A DNA stretch of 64,000 nt from a virus. The position numbers and the translations under genes were made by a program. The number at the start of each line of letters is the position of its first letter. The stretch's first letter is position 1. Where the stretch lies: positions 3,601 to 67,600 of IMG/VR virus record IMGVR_UViG_3300043539_000496. One strand, written 5' to 3'. Below, one piece after another: positions 49,736 to 58,587 of this stretch. Below the pieces are notes generated by a model that was not told where the DNA came from, did not search any database, and worked only from the letters and a program-made list of their open reading frames with translations.

Positions 49736-50074
49736 TTATTTCTTTTTAGTAGTTTTTTTAATAACACCTCTACCGATCAAAATATCTTTTTTTGTAATCT
49801 TACCATCTCCTGATAAGTCTTTAAATCCACCTGATTTAAATTTTCTTTTACCACAACTACCATCTGGCATTCTTACATCACCACCTTTACAAACAGGAAG
49901 TGAAGCAGAACCCCCATTTTTTAAACTACGACCACTATAGACTCTAGGATTATTATCATATAAAGGAATCATTTTTCCAGCAGCACCACCAGCTGCCATC
50001 TTTTTTATTTTGGCAACTTTAGCACCACCATTTGACATCATCTTACCTCCACAGCCTGACATACACTTTTTCAT
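49736..50074 (-). CDS. Lys-rich small protein with EF-hand-like loop
   Basis: Several xxGG tags; DLSGDGKITKKD. Confidence 0.7.
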   Translation of the reverse strand: MKKCMSGCGGKMMSNGGAKVAKIKKMAAGGAAGKMIPLYDNNPRVYSGRSLKNGGSASLPVCKGGDVRMPDGSCGKRKFKSGGFKDLSGDGKITKKDILIGRGVIKKTTKKK

Positions 50075-50379
50075 TTTTTCTTAGTTTTAGATTTTACACT
50101 TCCACCTCTTTTTGCTTCTGGTGTAGGATTGTTAATTGTATATCGTGATGCTTTTATTGCTTCCTTTTTTTTCAGGTTAGGATCAGCTTTTCTAAGTTCT
50201 TTTGCACCCTGTACAACAGCTCTTCTTTTTTTAATTGCATCACTAAGCATCTTAGTTCCAACACCTATTGCACCAGAAATTGTAGTTGCAAGACCAGCAA
50301 TTCTACCACCTTTACCAGGATCTTTTTGTCCACCATTAGACATTTTTTTCATTTTTGTAGTTTTAATTGTTTTTTTCAT
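50071..50379 (-). CDS. Lys-rich small protein
   Basis: KMSNGG...AKRGGSVKSKTKKK; 4-nt ATGA overlap with the next gene. Confidence 0.7.
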   Translation of the reverse strand: MKKTIKTTKMKKMSNGGQKDPGKGGRIAGLATTISGAIGVGTKMLSDAIKKRRAVVQGAKELRKADPNLKKKEAIKASRYTINNPTPEAKRGGSVKSKTKKK

Positions 50380-50391
50380 TGTATATATAAT

Positions 50392-50673
50392 TTAACAGTT
50401 CCATTTTCTTAAAGACTTATTGATCCTTGAATCAGGATCATTAGCTGTCTTAGAGCTTGTTAGTTTTTTCTTCATCCCACTCATCCTAGCACAGAAACTT
50501 TTTCTTCTCTTAGCAGACTTACTGTCTGGATCAAGTTTAGAAGGTTTAGTAGTTACAGCTGTCTTAAGTTTACTACCAGGATTAGCTCTTCTATAACTAG
50601 CTACCCCTTTAGAATTAAGACCACCTTCTGGATTCTTACCTTCTTTTCTTTGCCATGCTGGAGACTTTCCCAT
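50392..50673 (-). CDS. Small basic phage protein (DUF6321-like); start reassigned to MGKSPAW
   Basis: GGLNSKG...RRKSFCARM...DPDSRINKSLRKWNC; family assignment from memory. Confidence 0.7.
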   Translation of the reverse strand: MGKSPAWQRKEGKNPEGGLNSKGVASYRRANPGSKLKTAVTTKPSKLDPDSKSAKRRKSFCARMSGMKKKLTSSKTANDPDSRINKSLRKWNC

Positions 50674-50926
50674 TTCCTTTACCTTTATATTTATAGTCAG
50701 GATTATCTTTGTGCCACTTCTTAGTTGCAGCAACACCTTGTTTAACTGTTTTTGCTCTACCTTTTTTAGTTAAGTCTATAGTATCCCACTGTCCTTTATC
50801 TTTGGTAGGATGGTTGACCATTATGTGACCAACCTTTCCTTCACCTTTTTTTGTAGTCTTTTTATATACTACATGTTTCTCACCACCGGCAGTAACTTTT
50901 ACCTTCTTAGTTTTTGCCTGTGCCAT
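50636..50926 (-). CDS. Lys-rich small protein
   Basis: 96-aa ORF packed in the array. Confidence 0.7.
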   Translation of the reverse strand: MAQAKTKKVKVTAGGEKHVVYKKTTKKGEGKVGHIMVNHPTKDKGQWDTIDLTKKGRAKTVKQGVAATKKWHKDNPDYKYKGKGNGKVSSMAKKRR

Positions 50927-50928
50927 AA

Positions 50929-51159
50929 TTACTTACTAAAGTTTTTTAAAACATTCATTTGTTCTTTAGCAAGATTTGCAATATCAGTCATCATCTTTTT
51001 ATCCTTACGGATATCCTCTGCTCTTTTTAAAGTACTTAATGCAGATTCTACTTCCCATTTTCTCATCTCAGCTTTATTACTACCAAGTCCAATTGATATA
51101 CTTGTTGTACTTGCTTTTTTAGCTGGTGCTTTTTTAGTTGTTGTTTTTTTAACAGCCAT
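50929..51159 (-). CDS. Lys-rich small protein
   Basis: KKAPAKKA histone-H1-like N-terminus. Confidence 0.7.
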   Translation of the reverse strand: MAVKKTTTKKAPAKKASTTSISIGLGSNKAEMRKWEVESALSTLKRAEDIRKDKKMMTDIANLAKEQMNVLKNFSK

Positions 51160-51371
51160 TACTTCTTCTTTTTAGATTTTACACTACCACCTTTTTTAGC
51201 TAAAGTTGTTCTTCCTTTTGGAGGTTTTCTATTTATCATTTTAATCATACCAGGTCTACCCTTTTCTTTTTCCCAATCTTTATAAAATTCAGATGGTGTT
51301 ATGCATTTTTCTTTACCAGTTACTGGGTCTGCATACAACATATATCCTTTTGGACATTTTCCTTTTTCCAT
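51159..51371 (-). CDS. Lys-rich small protein with CPxGY..C motif
   Basis: CPKGY...EKC; ends AKKGGSVKSKKKK. Confidence 0.7.
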   Translation of the reverse strand: MEKGKCPKGYMLYADPVTGKEKCITPSEFYKDWEKEKGRPGMIKMINRKPPKGRTTLAKKGGSVKSKKKK

Positions 51372-51526
51372 TACTTTTTCTTTTTATTAGTTGCTTTAAT
51401 TTTCTTTTCCTGTTGCAGCATCTGTTTAGTAGGTTTCTTACCAGAACCTTTATTAGCACGGATGTTATCCCAGAGACCTCTCTGGGAATAACTACCGTCT
51501 TTTCTTTTTATCATATCTTTACCCAT
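51371..51526 (-). CDS. Lys-rich microprotein (51 aa; not in ORF track)
   Basis: MGKDMIKRKDGSYSQRGLWDNIRANKGSGKKPTKQMLQQEKKIKATNKKKK; TAATG coupling to the next gene. Confidence 0.75.
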   Translation of the reverse strand: MGKDMIKRKDGSYSQRGLWDNIRANKGSGKKPTKQMLQQEKKIKATNKKKK

Positions 51527-51531
51527 TGTTC

Positions 51532-51702
51532 TTAACAAGAAGGTTTAGCTTTTTTAGGAGCTTTAGATATACCACCAACTTTTCCTTTTGGTTTAGTTGT
51601 TGATTTCAAATTAGGATTAGTTCCTCCTACTTTTCCACCTGGTGTTTTATCAGCACCTGTAATTTTCTTTGACTTTGTTTTAGTCACGTTAGCAGCTTTC
51701 AT
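51532..51702 (-). CDS. Lys-rich microprotein (56 aa; not in ORF track)
   Basis: MKAANVTKTKSKKITGADKTPGGKVGGTNPNLKSTTKPKGKVGGISKAPKKAKPSC; GKVGG occurs twice. Confidence 0.7.
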   Translation of the reverse strand: MKAANVTKTKSKKITGADKTPGGKVGGTNPNLKSTTKPKGKVGGISKAPKKAKPSC

Positions 51703-51714
51703 ATTTATTGTATT

Positions 51715-52737
51715 TTATGTATTCCAATATTTCTCACAAGCTAGGTTAAGATCTTTTAAAATATCCTCATTTAAAGGATTTTTTAAGTGTTCAATAACAT
51801 CAGGTACATTTCTTCCAAGTAAGGCATTTGTCTTAGAATGGTAAATATATCCATCGGGCTTATTAATAATATACTTAAAAAAAACGGAATCACGTACAAT
51901 TGATTTAATTTTTAATGATTCCATATCCATATTTACTGCATCAGTAAATGTTTTTGCTGCTCTTTCTTTGTTATTTTCAGCACCATCACCAGAAATATAT
52001 CTATCCATGTTTTCATAAAGAACATCTAATGGAGTTGATTTTCTGTATTGAGTACTATTAGCATCCACAACTTTTGCAATATAAAATAATTTTGTACTGT
52101 TTTTATCATATAGTTTTTGTAATTCTGAGTAAGCTTTGTTACGGAGTTTTTTGTACTCTGTTCTTACCATTACAGTTTCTTCTTCCTTATCTAGATAAAA
52201 CTTAGGGGGAACTGCTTTTGATCTTGCATCATCAAAACTTTTTGCAATCATTGCAAAGGCACCTGCTTCAATAGCATGTATTTTAATTCTATCAAAAGGT
52301 TTTGTTGGATCTAAATAAACAGGTTCATTACCACATGACATGTCTATCTTATTCCAAAACTCTCTATTATCAGGTTTAAGAAGTTTTACTTGATTCCAAA
52401 AATCTTTATCCTCTGGATCAATAACATTTGCAGCCAACTCTCTTTCTAATTCAGCTACTGAACTTCTTATTTCTTTAATTCTTGCTTCTCTTTCTTCTAT
52501 TTGTAGTAATTTAATTTCAGGAGCAAACTCATTTAATCCTGTAATATATCTTACTACACCATTATTTTCTAGACAAGCTAGTTGTTCATTATGAGTTACT
52601 CCGTCAAATAAACTCATTCCGTACTCTTCTAATCCCATGTTAGAAGCTTTTTTGTCAAAGTAAGGTCTAACAGCAATTGATGTTTTTTTAATACTGCCTA
52701 CCTCTACTTCAACTTTTGTAAAATTTGTTGTTTCCAT
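51715..52737 (-). CDS. Conserved protein downstream of the MCP (crAss gene-75-like)
   Basis: Position; YITGL, FW...LDP..P.D motifs. Confidence 0.6.
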   Translation of the reverse strand: METTNFTKVEVEVGSIKKTSIAVRPYFDKKASNMGLEEYGMSLFDGVTHNEQLACLENNGVVRYITGLNEFAPEIKLLQIEEREARIKEIRSSVAELERELAANVIDPEDKDFWNQVKLLKPDNREFWNKIDMSCGNEPVYLDPTKPFDRIKIHAIEAGAFAMIAKSFDDARSKAVPPKFYLDKEEETVMVRTEYKKLRNKAYSELQKLYDKNSTKLFYIAKVVDANSTQYRKSTPLDVLYENMDRYISGDGAENNKERAAKTFTDAVNMDMESLKIKSIVRDSVFFKYIINKPDGYIYHSKTNALLGRNVPDVIEHLKNPLNEDILKDLNLACEKYWNT

Positions 52738-52741
52738 TTTT

Positions 52742-52767
52742 TTGTTGGTTTTTGTTTTTGTTGGTTT
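52742..52767 (-). promoter_or_regulatory. Tandem AAACCAACAA leader motifs
   Basis: Copies at 52742-52751 and 52758-52767, just upstream of ATG 52737. Confidence 0.5.
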
Positions 52768-52775
52768 TAAAATTT

Positions 52776-52804
52776 AAAAAAAGGGAGGAGTTCCCCCCTC
52801 CCTT
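52776..52804 (-). terminator. Rho-independent terminator after the MCP
   Basis: AAGGGAGG...CCTCCCTT stem plus T-run. Confidence 0.8.
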
Positions 52805-52819
52805 GTATATAGATTCTGA

Positions 52820-54439
52820 TTAGAATGATCCACCAGTGATTGGGTTTCTCATAACAATCTTCAATACCTTAGTTGGATCTTTAACCCAAATTGCAGGCAT
52901 AGTTTGAGACATCATTACACGGTATCCATTGAACTGACCAGAAGACTGGAATCCTTGAGTACGACCCATGTAATCCATTGTACCATTTTGATACCACCAT
53001 TTCAATTGATTATCCCAAGACAATTTCAATAAGTAGATATTGTCATTAGTATTATCAGTGATATCAAAGATAATGAATGAGTAAGAAGATAATGGGAAAC
53101 CATCAATGATTGGGTTCTCAATATCATTTGTATGGATGTTGTCAAATGCTGGGTTAAGAACAAACTTAACATTTGCCAAGAATGGAATTACATATGAAGT
53201 ATAAGCAAATCCAAAGTTCAAGTCCATACCTTTACCAGTGATTGCACCAATATCAGCAGCCTGAATAAGTAAACCTGATGCAACAGCTTCTCTTCTGATA
53301 GCTTCATTTACCATTCTCATACCACCCATACCTGTTTGTACAACTAAGCTACGTTTTGGATCTGGACCTTGGAATTCAACTTTACCATTGAAGAAGTTGT
53401 AGATCTCTCCACGGAATAAATCCAATGTAAAGTTATTTTTGTTGTATACTCTTTTGAATGAGTTATCCAACTGTCTCCAAAGACCCACAGATAATCTAAT
53501 ATCATCTGGACCATCTTGACGTACTCTACCTCCTTGTCCCCACATTAAGTAAGTCTCAATGTCAGTAGCAATCTTAGTCAAGTGAGCAGCTTCCATTCCA
53601 GTTAAGAATGTTCTAGATAAATCTCCGTTGTCAAATGCACGTTTAACTTTATCTTTACCCATTACTTTAACCATATCTTCTAATGAAGTAATAGAAGGAT
53701 CTTGAGTGTTTTTGTCAAATGTTCTCCAGATTTCAGTTACAGGAACTGTACCATCTGCATTCATACCACCTTTGATCATCAAATCTGCACGAGATGAAAT
53801 AGAATAATGTACGTGAGCTTCAGCACCACCAACAAAGTTATAGAATTCACGGAATCCTGTTCTTGTTGTAATGTCTGAGAATCTTTCACCATATTCTCCA
53901 CGAGCAGAACCTTTACGGAATACTTTAGTACCATTTGCCAAGTACTTGTTATCCAAGTATTTGAAGTTGTCATTGTTTACCAACTGTACAGTATAGATAT
54001 AAGCATCTCCTAAAGGAAGAATATCTTCATCAGTAATGTACATCTCAACTCCGTTATATTTGTCATAAGTGATGATATCACCATGTCCAAACTCACGTCT
54101 GTTGATTTTGATACGGAATGTTGTTCCTTCAATACCTTTAAAATTATTTTCTGGTTCAATATCCTCAAGGATGTAAGGTAGATCTACAGACACTGGAGTC
54201 TGCCATCTATACTCTCCACGAGCATTATCAACCATGATTACATTTTTACCACCAAAGCTAGACATTTGATAAAGAGGCATCTCTACTTTCTGTGCCATAG
54301 CCCAAAGGTCTACTGGGCCCAGATCCATAGGTTCTGCATCCTTCAACATGTTAACCAAGTGGTAAGAGTCTACGTGTGAACTAGCTTGGTAGTTGGTATC
54401 CCGTAGAAATATACCATTGTTTAAAACTGGAGTTGCCAT
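52820..54439 (-). CDS. Major capsid protein (crAss-like)
   Basis: 539 aa; portal-scaffold-MCP order; YLMWG, VGLWRQL, TGMGG motifs; terminator downstream. Confidence 0.85.
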   Translation of the reverse strand: MATPVLNNGIFLRDTNYQASSHVDSYHLVNMLKDAEPMDLGPVDLWAMAQKVEMPLYQMSSFGGKNVIMVDNARGEYRWQTPVSVDLPYILEDIEPENNFKGIEGTTFRIKINRREFGHGDIITYDKYNGVEMYITDEDILPLGDAYIYTVQLVNNDNFKYLDNKYLANGTKVFRKGSARGEYGERFSDITTRTGFREFYNFVGGAEAHVHYSISSRADLMIKGGMNADGTVPVTEIWRTFDKNTQDPSITSLEDMVKVMGKDKVKRAFDNGDLSRTFLTGMEAAHLTKIATDIETYLMWGQGGRVRQDGPDDIRLSVGLWRQLDNSFKRVYNKNNFTLDLFRGEIYNFFNGKVEFQGPDPKRSLVVQTGMGGMRMVNEAIRREAVASGLLIQAADIGAITGKGMDLNFGFAYTSYVIPFLANVKFVLNPAFDNIHTNDIENPIIDGFPLSSYSFIIFDITDNTNDNIYLLKLSWDNQLKWWYQNGTMDYMGRTQGFQSSGQFNGYRVMMSQTMPAIWVKDPTKVLKIVMRNPITGGSF

Positions 54440-54467
54440 TTTATATTTGTTTTTGTTTGTTACTTAA

Positions 54468-55748
54468 TTAAAATCTTCTAAACATTGTGTTTTTAGAAAG
54501 CTTCCTTGGTTCAGATCTAGAAGTAGTATTTCTTCTTGGTTCATCATCATACTGATTATTTATAGAAGATGCAATCTTTCTAGACTGTTCCGTTTTCAAT
54601 TGTCTTACTACTTTTTCTGTAGCTTGTTTTCCACCTTGTTCTTTTATCTTACTTTTATATCCATTTGGATCTGCAAGTAACCAAAGAGCTTCGGCAATTA
54701 AATCATGTCTTGGTTCTACAAACTGATACTTCTCTAGTAAGTGACCAAGTAGGTTGGTTGGTTTTCCTGAAATAGAAGGGTAGTTTGGTTGTACTAATCC
54801 GGAGAATAATAAACTCTGAATTTTTCTATCTAGTTTAACACCACCAATTGTTCCTGTTGCAAGAGTATTATAAACATTTTCTTGATATGCTTTTGCTTGT
54901 TCTGCTTGCAATTGTTTTTTCTCTTCCTGTTCTGCAAGTTCTCTTCCAATAATTTCTTCTTGCATTGCATCCAATTTAGGTTTAAATTGATTAGCTTTTT
55001 GTTCTAATCTATTTAAATCTTTCCAATCTTGGATCTCAGATTCTATTTCTTCTGGAGTTCCAAATCCTGTAGCATATAAATACTGTCTTGCAATTTCAGC
55101 TTGATCATACTCATCAGATGGATCAAGTTGTCTCATTTCTTCTACATGAGCAAGAGTTCTAAATAAACCTTTAAGATCTTCACCACCATCAGCTACATAT
55201 TTAGCTGCAATCTGAAGTTCTTCAGGAAGTGCTTCAAAAAATTCTCTTGGAGTATTTCTTCTAATTTCATTTTCTCTTTCTGCAAAGTTTGCTTCAAATA
55301 ACTCTCTAAAATCTTTAGTAGTATACTCTTCTAAAGTTTTATCATCATCAAATGGAATAAGACTACCTTCCTCAATCATTTTTTGTGCTAAATCATAAAG
55401 ACCAGATTTATCTACTTTAGGTCTTCCTTTATTTCCAGCATCTTCTTCTTGAGTAATTAAATCATTTAGTTCATTGATAGTCTCTTCAATTTCACCAGAT
55501 TTAAGTTCAGGCTCATTCTTGTCATCAGTTTTTTCTTTTGCAGAACTAGCAGGTTTTTCAAAGAACGATGTGTCTACACTGTTTTCTTTTGAAAACATAG
55601 ACTTAGGTTTATCTTCTTCTGCACCTGATGGAAGCATGACATTTTCTGCTCCCGGCATTCCAAAGATTTCATCAATATTTACATCTACTTGTTCTACCGC
55701 TGTAGAATCTTGTACCTGATCTTCAGGTTTTTTGTTGGTTGTTTCCAT
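54468..55748 (-). CDS. Acidic putative scaffolding protein (crAss gene-77-like)
   Basis: Highly acidic and helical; between portal and MCP. Confidence 0.6.
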   Translation of the reverse strand: METTNKKPEDQVQDSTAVEQVDVNIDEIFGMPGAENVMLPSGAEEDKPKSMFSKENSVDTSFFEKPASSAKEKTDDKNEPELKSGEIEETINELNDLITQEEDAGNKGRPKVDKSGLYDLAQKMIEEGSLIPFDDDKTLEEYTTKDFRELFEANFAERENEIRRNTPREFFEALPEELQIAAKYVADGGEDLKGLFRTLAHVEEMRQLDPSDEYDQAEIARQYLYATGFGTPEEIESEIQDWKDLNRLEQKANQFKPKLDAMQEEIIGRELAEQEEKKQLQAEQAKAYQENVYNTLATGTIGGVKLDRKIQSLLFSGLVQPNYPSISGKPTNLLGHLLEKYQFVEPRHDLIAEALWLLADPNGYKSKIKEQGGKQATEKVVRQLKTEQSRKIASSINNQYDDEPRRNTTSRSEPRKLSKNTMFRRF

Positions 55749-55782
55749 GTTGTTGGTTTTGTTTATAGTTTAATATACAAAA
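55749..55782 (-). promoter_or_regulatory. WGTATATT element (55772-55782) and AAACCAACAAC leader (55749-55759)
   Basis: Both motifs lie upstream of ATG 55748. Confidence 0.5.
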
Positions 55783-55836
55783 TAAATTTTAAAAATTTAA
55801 AAGGTGTAGAAAAAAAAATTGTAATATATAGCTAAG

Positions 55837-58581
55837 TTACTTTTCCTTACTTGGTTTAATATCATATTTGTTTTTGTTTTCCTGTGCAATCTGTAATTGT
55901 TTCTCAGCAATATCTTTCTCAGTTTGTAGTTTTTCACGTTCAAGTTGGTTCTTTTGATTTTCAATAACCATCCTGTTTGTTTCCTTTTCTCTTTGCAATC
56001 CTGTTTGTTCTTGATACTGTTCTGTTTCTCTTATCTCTTTCATTGCATCAGCATAGTCAGACATTTGATTTTGGTTAACATCTGCAGGAGCACCATAACC
56101 AGCAGCTCTAATTTCTGCAACCAAGATATCTCTTTGTCTATCTTTCTCTTTCTCAGCCATAGTAGCATCAATCTTCATTTGTTCAATCTCTTGTTGTTTT
56201 TGAAGTTGTTCTTGTTGCATTTGTTGTTGCTGTTGCATTTCTTGTTGTTTTTGTTGCTCTTGTTTTTGTTCAGAAGCTTTAAGAACAGAATTAAGAGATG
56301 CAATAGATTCTGATTGAACAACTTTACCAAGATCATAAATACTTGCACCAGTAGTATTATTCTGAAGAGCCATTTGTTTTAACTGTTCTAGAATAGCTCT
56401 ATGGTTTGCATTTGTACTAACTGCAATATTTAAATCTCTAAGTAAAAGATCTGTACCATTAATTTCAAAGTTTACCTTTTCATCAGCTGATGTAATATAT
56501 GTTAATCTTGAAGATGGTTTAGTAGAATGATAATACTGTGCTAGATCAGTTCTCATTTGATGAACTCTTGGCATTAAATAATCACAGTGTTGAATGAAGT
56601 ATATTTCTGTTTGTGCATATGATGCATTCATTGCTTGTTCTACTCCAGTAGCAGTTTGTTGTGATATTTGTTGTCCCATCCTTTGAGGATTAACACCAAT
56701 TACTTCATATGCTTGTTGTTTAAAGTAGTTAGCTAATTGTATTCTTGACATCAACCTATTAGTTTGTTCAAGATCAAGTTTCTGGAAATGATTAAAGTTT
56801 AATGCATTCTCAGTGTTTGTAATAGAAGTATCCAATGGTAACATCTGGAAATTCTTCATTGCAACATAAGCTTTAGCTAAGTTACCTTTCCCCCAGTCTT
56901 CTCCTAATGAGTGTCTAGGTAATGAATTTTGGTCAAGCATAATTACTGTACCAAGTTCATCTACTAGTATATCTGCTATTTGATTATTAACAATGTTATA
57001 TCCAATCTGGTATGGTTTCATTAAGTCAATAAGAGCAGTAGACTTAGTATTTCTGTCTGAGAATACAGATCCTTCTACAGGAAGTTTAGATCCATATAAA
57101 CTTGAGTCACCTTTAAATTGAAACTTAAGTGGACCAATATGGTTTTTATCTATACCTAAATAGATTGGAGAAAATCCACCAGGGTTATTCATACCCCAGA
57201 ATGAAGGAATGTTTGGTCCAATCTTTACACCTCCCCAAACTTCATTAATCCAGATCCAATCTATATGTTCACCAAAAAGTAAATTATCTTTATTTTTATT
57301 TTTAAAGAGTCTTGTATCATAAATTGCTTTATCTGTAATCTGATAATCTTCAGTAACTATATCATTTGTTACTTCTCCTTCTTCAGTAATCTTAGTAAGA
57401 TGTCCTACTTTTCTTTGTGATTTCCAATAACAGGTACTTACTCTAAGTAGATAAGCTGTACCTTGATCATAATAGTCTTCTCCTTCTGCTAATATCTGAG
57501 TAATTATATCTGATCCATCTAATACATTACCTGCCATAAAAGATGTATACTGTCTATAACTTAATGAAGGCATACTTGTATTCCAGTCATGAGATCTAAC
57601 ACCATCATAAAAACTACCATCATTTTGAAGACCTCCAATTGTATAACCGGCAGATCTAATTGGATAAACTGATTCAAGAGCTTTGTGTTGTTCTTCAGTT
57701 AAAACATGTCCAAACTTATCTATAACATCCGATACAGTAAACATATCAGTTTTACCTACCCAGTTAGATTGTGATATATATCTTATATCTGGTGACTTAT
57801 GATAGAATGTAAGAACAGGATTCCAAAGTTCTACTTCATAATCATCTTCCATCATACGGAAATGCCAGAACTCTCTATCTGTAATTAACATGTCACGGAA
57901 ACCTCTTTCCTCTAACTCATCCATTCTAAATCTTTCTACATCCACTTTATGTTGATGTTCAGCCCATTGTTCTACCATAGAACGATAATCTTTCTTAAAG
58001 AACTGTTCTATTTCAGGTAATGATTTTAAACTTTCAGGTTGTAGTTGTTGTTTTGCTTCTTCAGAATTTGGATCCAATCCTTGTTCTAACATTGCTGCTA
58101 ACATTTTAGTTGCAGCATCTGCCATTAAAGTTTGTTCAACCATTCCTCTTTTTTGTTCTAACATCTCATTATATGAAAAGTCATCAACAGCTCTATAAGT
58201 TAATCTTGTAGATCTTTTTGCAAATTCAGCTACTAGAACATTAACTACATTAGGAATAATTGGATAGAATTTTAATTCAAGTGCAGATACATCTTCTTTA
58301 GTAAGAGTTTCTACAACATCTCTATATTCATTATCATCTTCAATTATATAGTCTGTTCTATCAATAATACCTTTTGCTAGTTTATAATTTTTCATTAATC
58401 TTCTAGCATTTCTACGGATTTGTTTAAGACCTTGCCACTCTAACCAGTCTAGATTCCAAGCTGCCCACTCATCTGTTTTATCTTTTTTAGGTAAGAACTG
58501 CAGAGGTTGGGTAATACTACCTAACCTATTCTGTGAAGTCTTAGCACCTTTCTTAGCCTGTAATGCGTTATATATTTGCAT
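55837..58581 (-). CDS. Portal protein
   Basis: 914 aa after TerL; YPIIP..V..L..E, LMKPYQ..YN, GVNPQRMG motifs; Q-rich C-terminal coiled coil. Confidence 0.85.
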   Translation of the reverse strand: MQIYNALQAKKGAKTSQNRLGSITQPLQFLPKKDKTDEWAAWNLDWLEWQGLKQIRRNARRLMKNYKLAKGIIDRTDYIIEDDNEYRDVVETLTKEDVSALELKFYPIIPNVVNVLVAEFAKRSTRLTYRAVDDFSYNEMLEQKRGMVEQTLMADAATKMLAAMLEQGLDPNSEEAKQQLQPESLKSLPEIEQFFKKDYRSMVEQWAEHQHKVDVERFRMDELEERGFRDMLITDREFWHFRMMEDDYEVELWNPVLTFYHKSPDIRYISQSNWVGKTDMFTVSDVIDKFGHVLTEEQHKALESVYPIRSAGYTIGGLQNDGSFYDGVRSHDWNTSMPSLSYRQYTSFMAGNVLDGSDIITQILAEGEDYYDQGTAYLLRVSTCYWKSQRKVGHLTKITEEGEVTNDIVTEDYQITDKAIYDTRLFKNKNKDNLLFGEHIDWIWINEVWGGVKIGPNIPSFWGMNNPGGFSPIYLGIDKNHIGPLKFQFKGDSSLYGSKLPVEGSVFSDRNTKSTALIDLMKPYQIGYNIVNNQIADILVDELGTVIMLDQNSLPRHSLGEDWGKGNLAKAYVAMKNFQMLPLDTSITNTENALNFNHFQKLDLEQTNRLMSRIQLANYFKQQAYEVIGVNPQRMGQQISQQTATGVEQAMNASYAQTEIYFIQHCDYLMPRVHQMRTDLAQYYHSTKPSSRLTYITSADEKVNFEINGTDLLLRDLNIAVSTNANHRAILEQLKQMALQNNTTGASIYDLGKVVQSESIASLNSVLKASEQKQEQQKQQEMQQQQQMQQEQLQKQQEIEQMKIDATMAEKEKDRQRDILVAEIRAAGYGAPADVNQNQMSDYADAMKEIRETEQYQEQTGLQREKETNRMVIENQKNQLEREKLQTEKDIAEKQLQIAQENKNKYDIKPSKEK

Positions 58582-58587
58582 AACTTT

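Noticed and set aside
50674-50736. Upstream start (MLLQL...) given in the track for 50392..50736
   Set aside because: It is a non-ATG start deep inside the neighbouring gene; ATG 50673 gives the family-like MGKSPAW N-terminus
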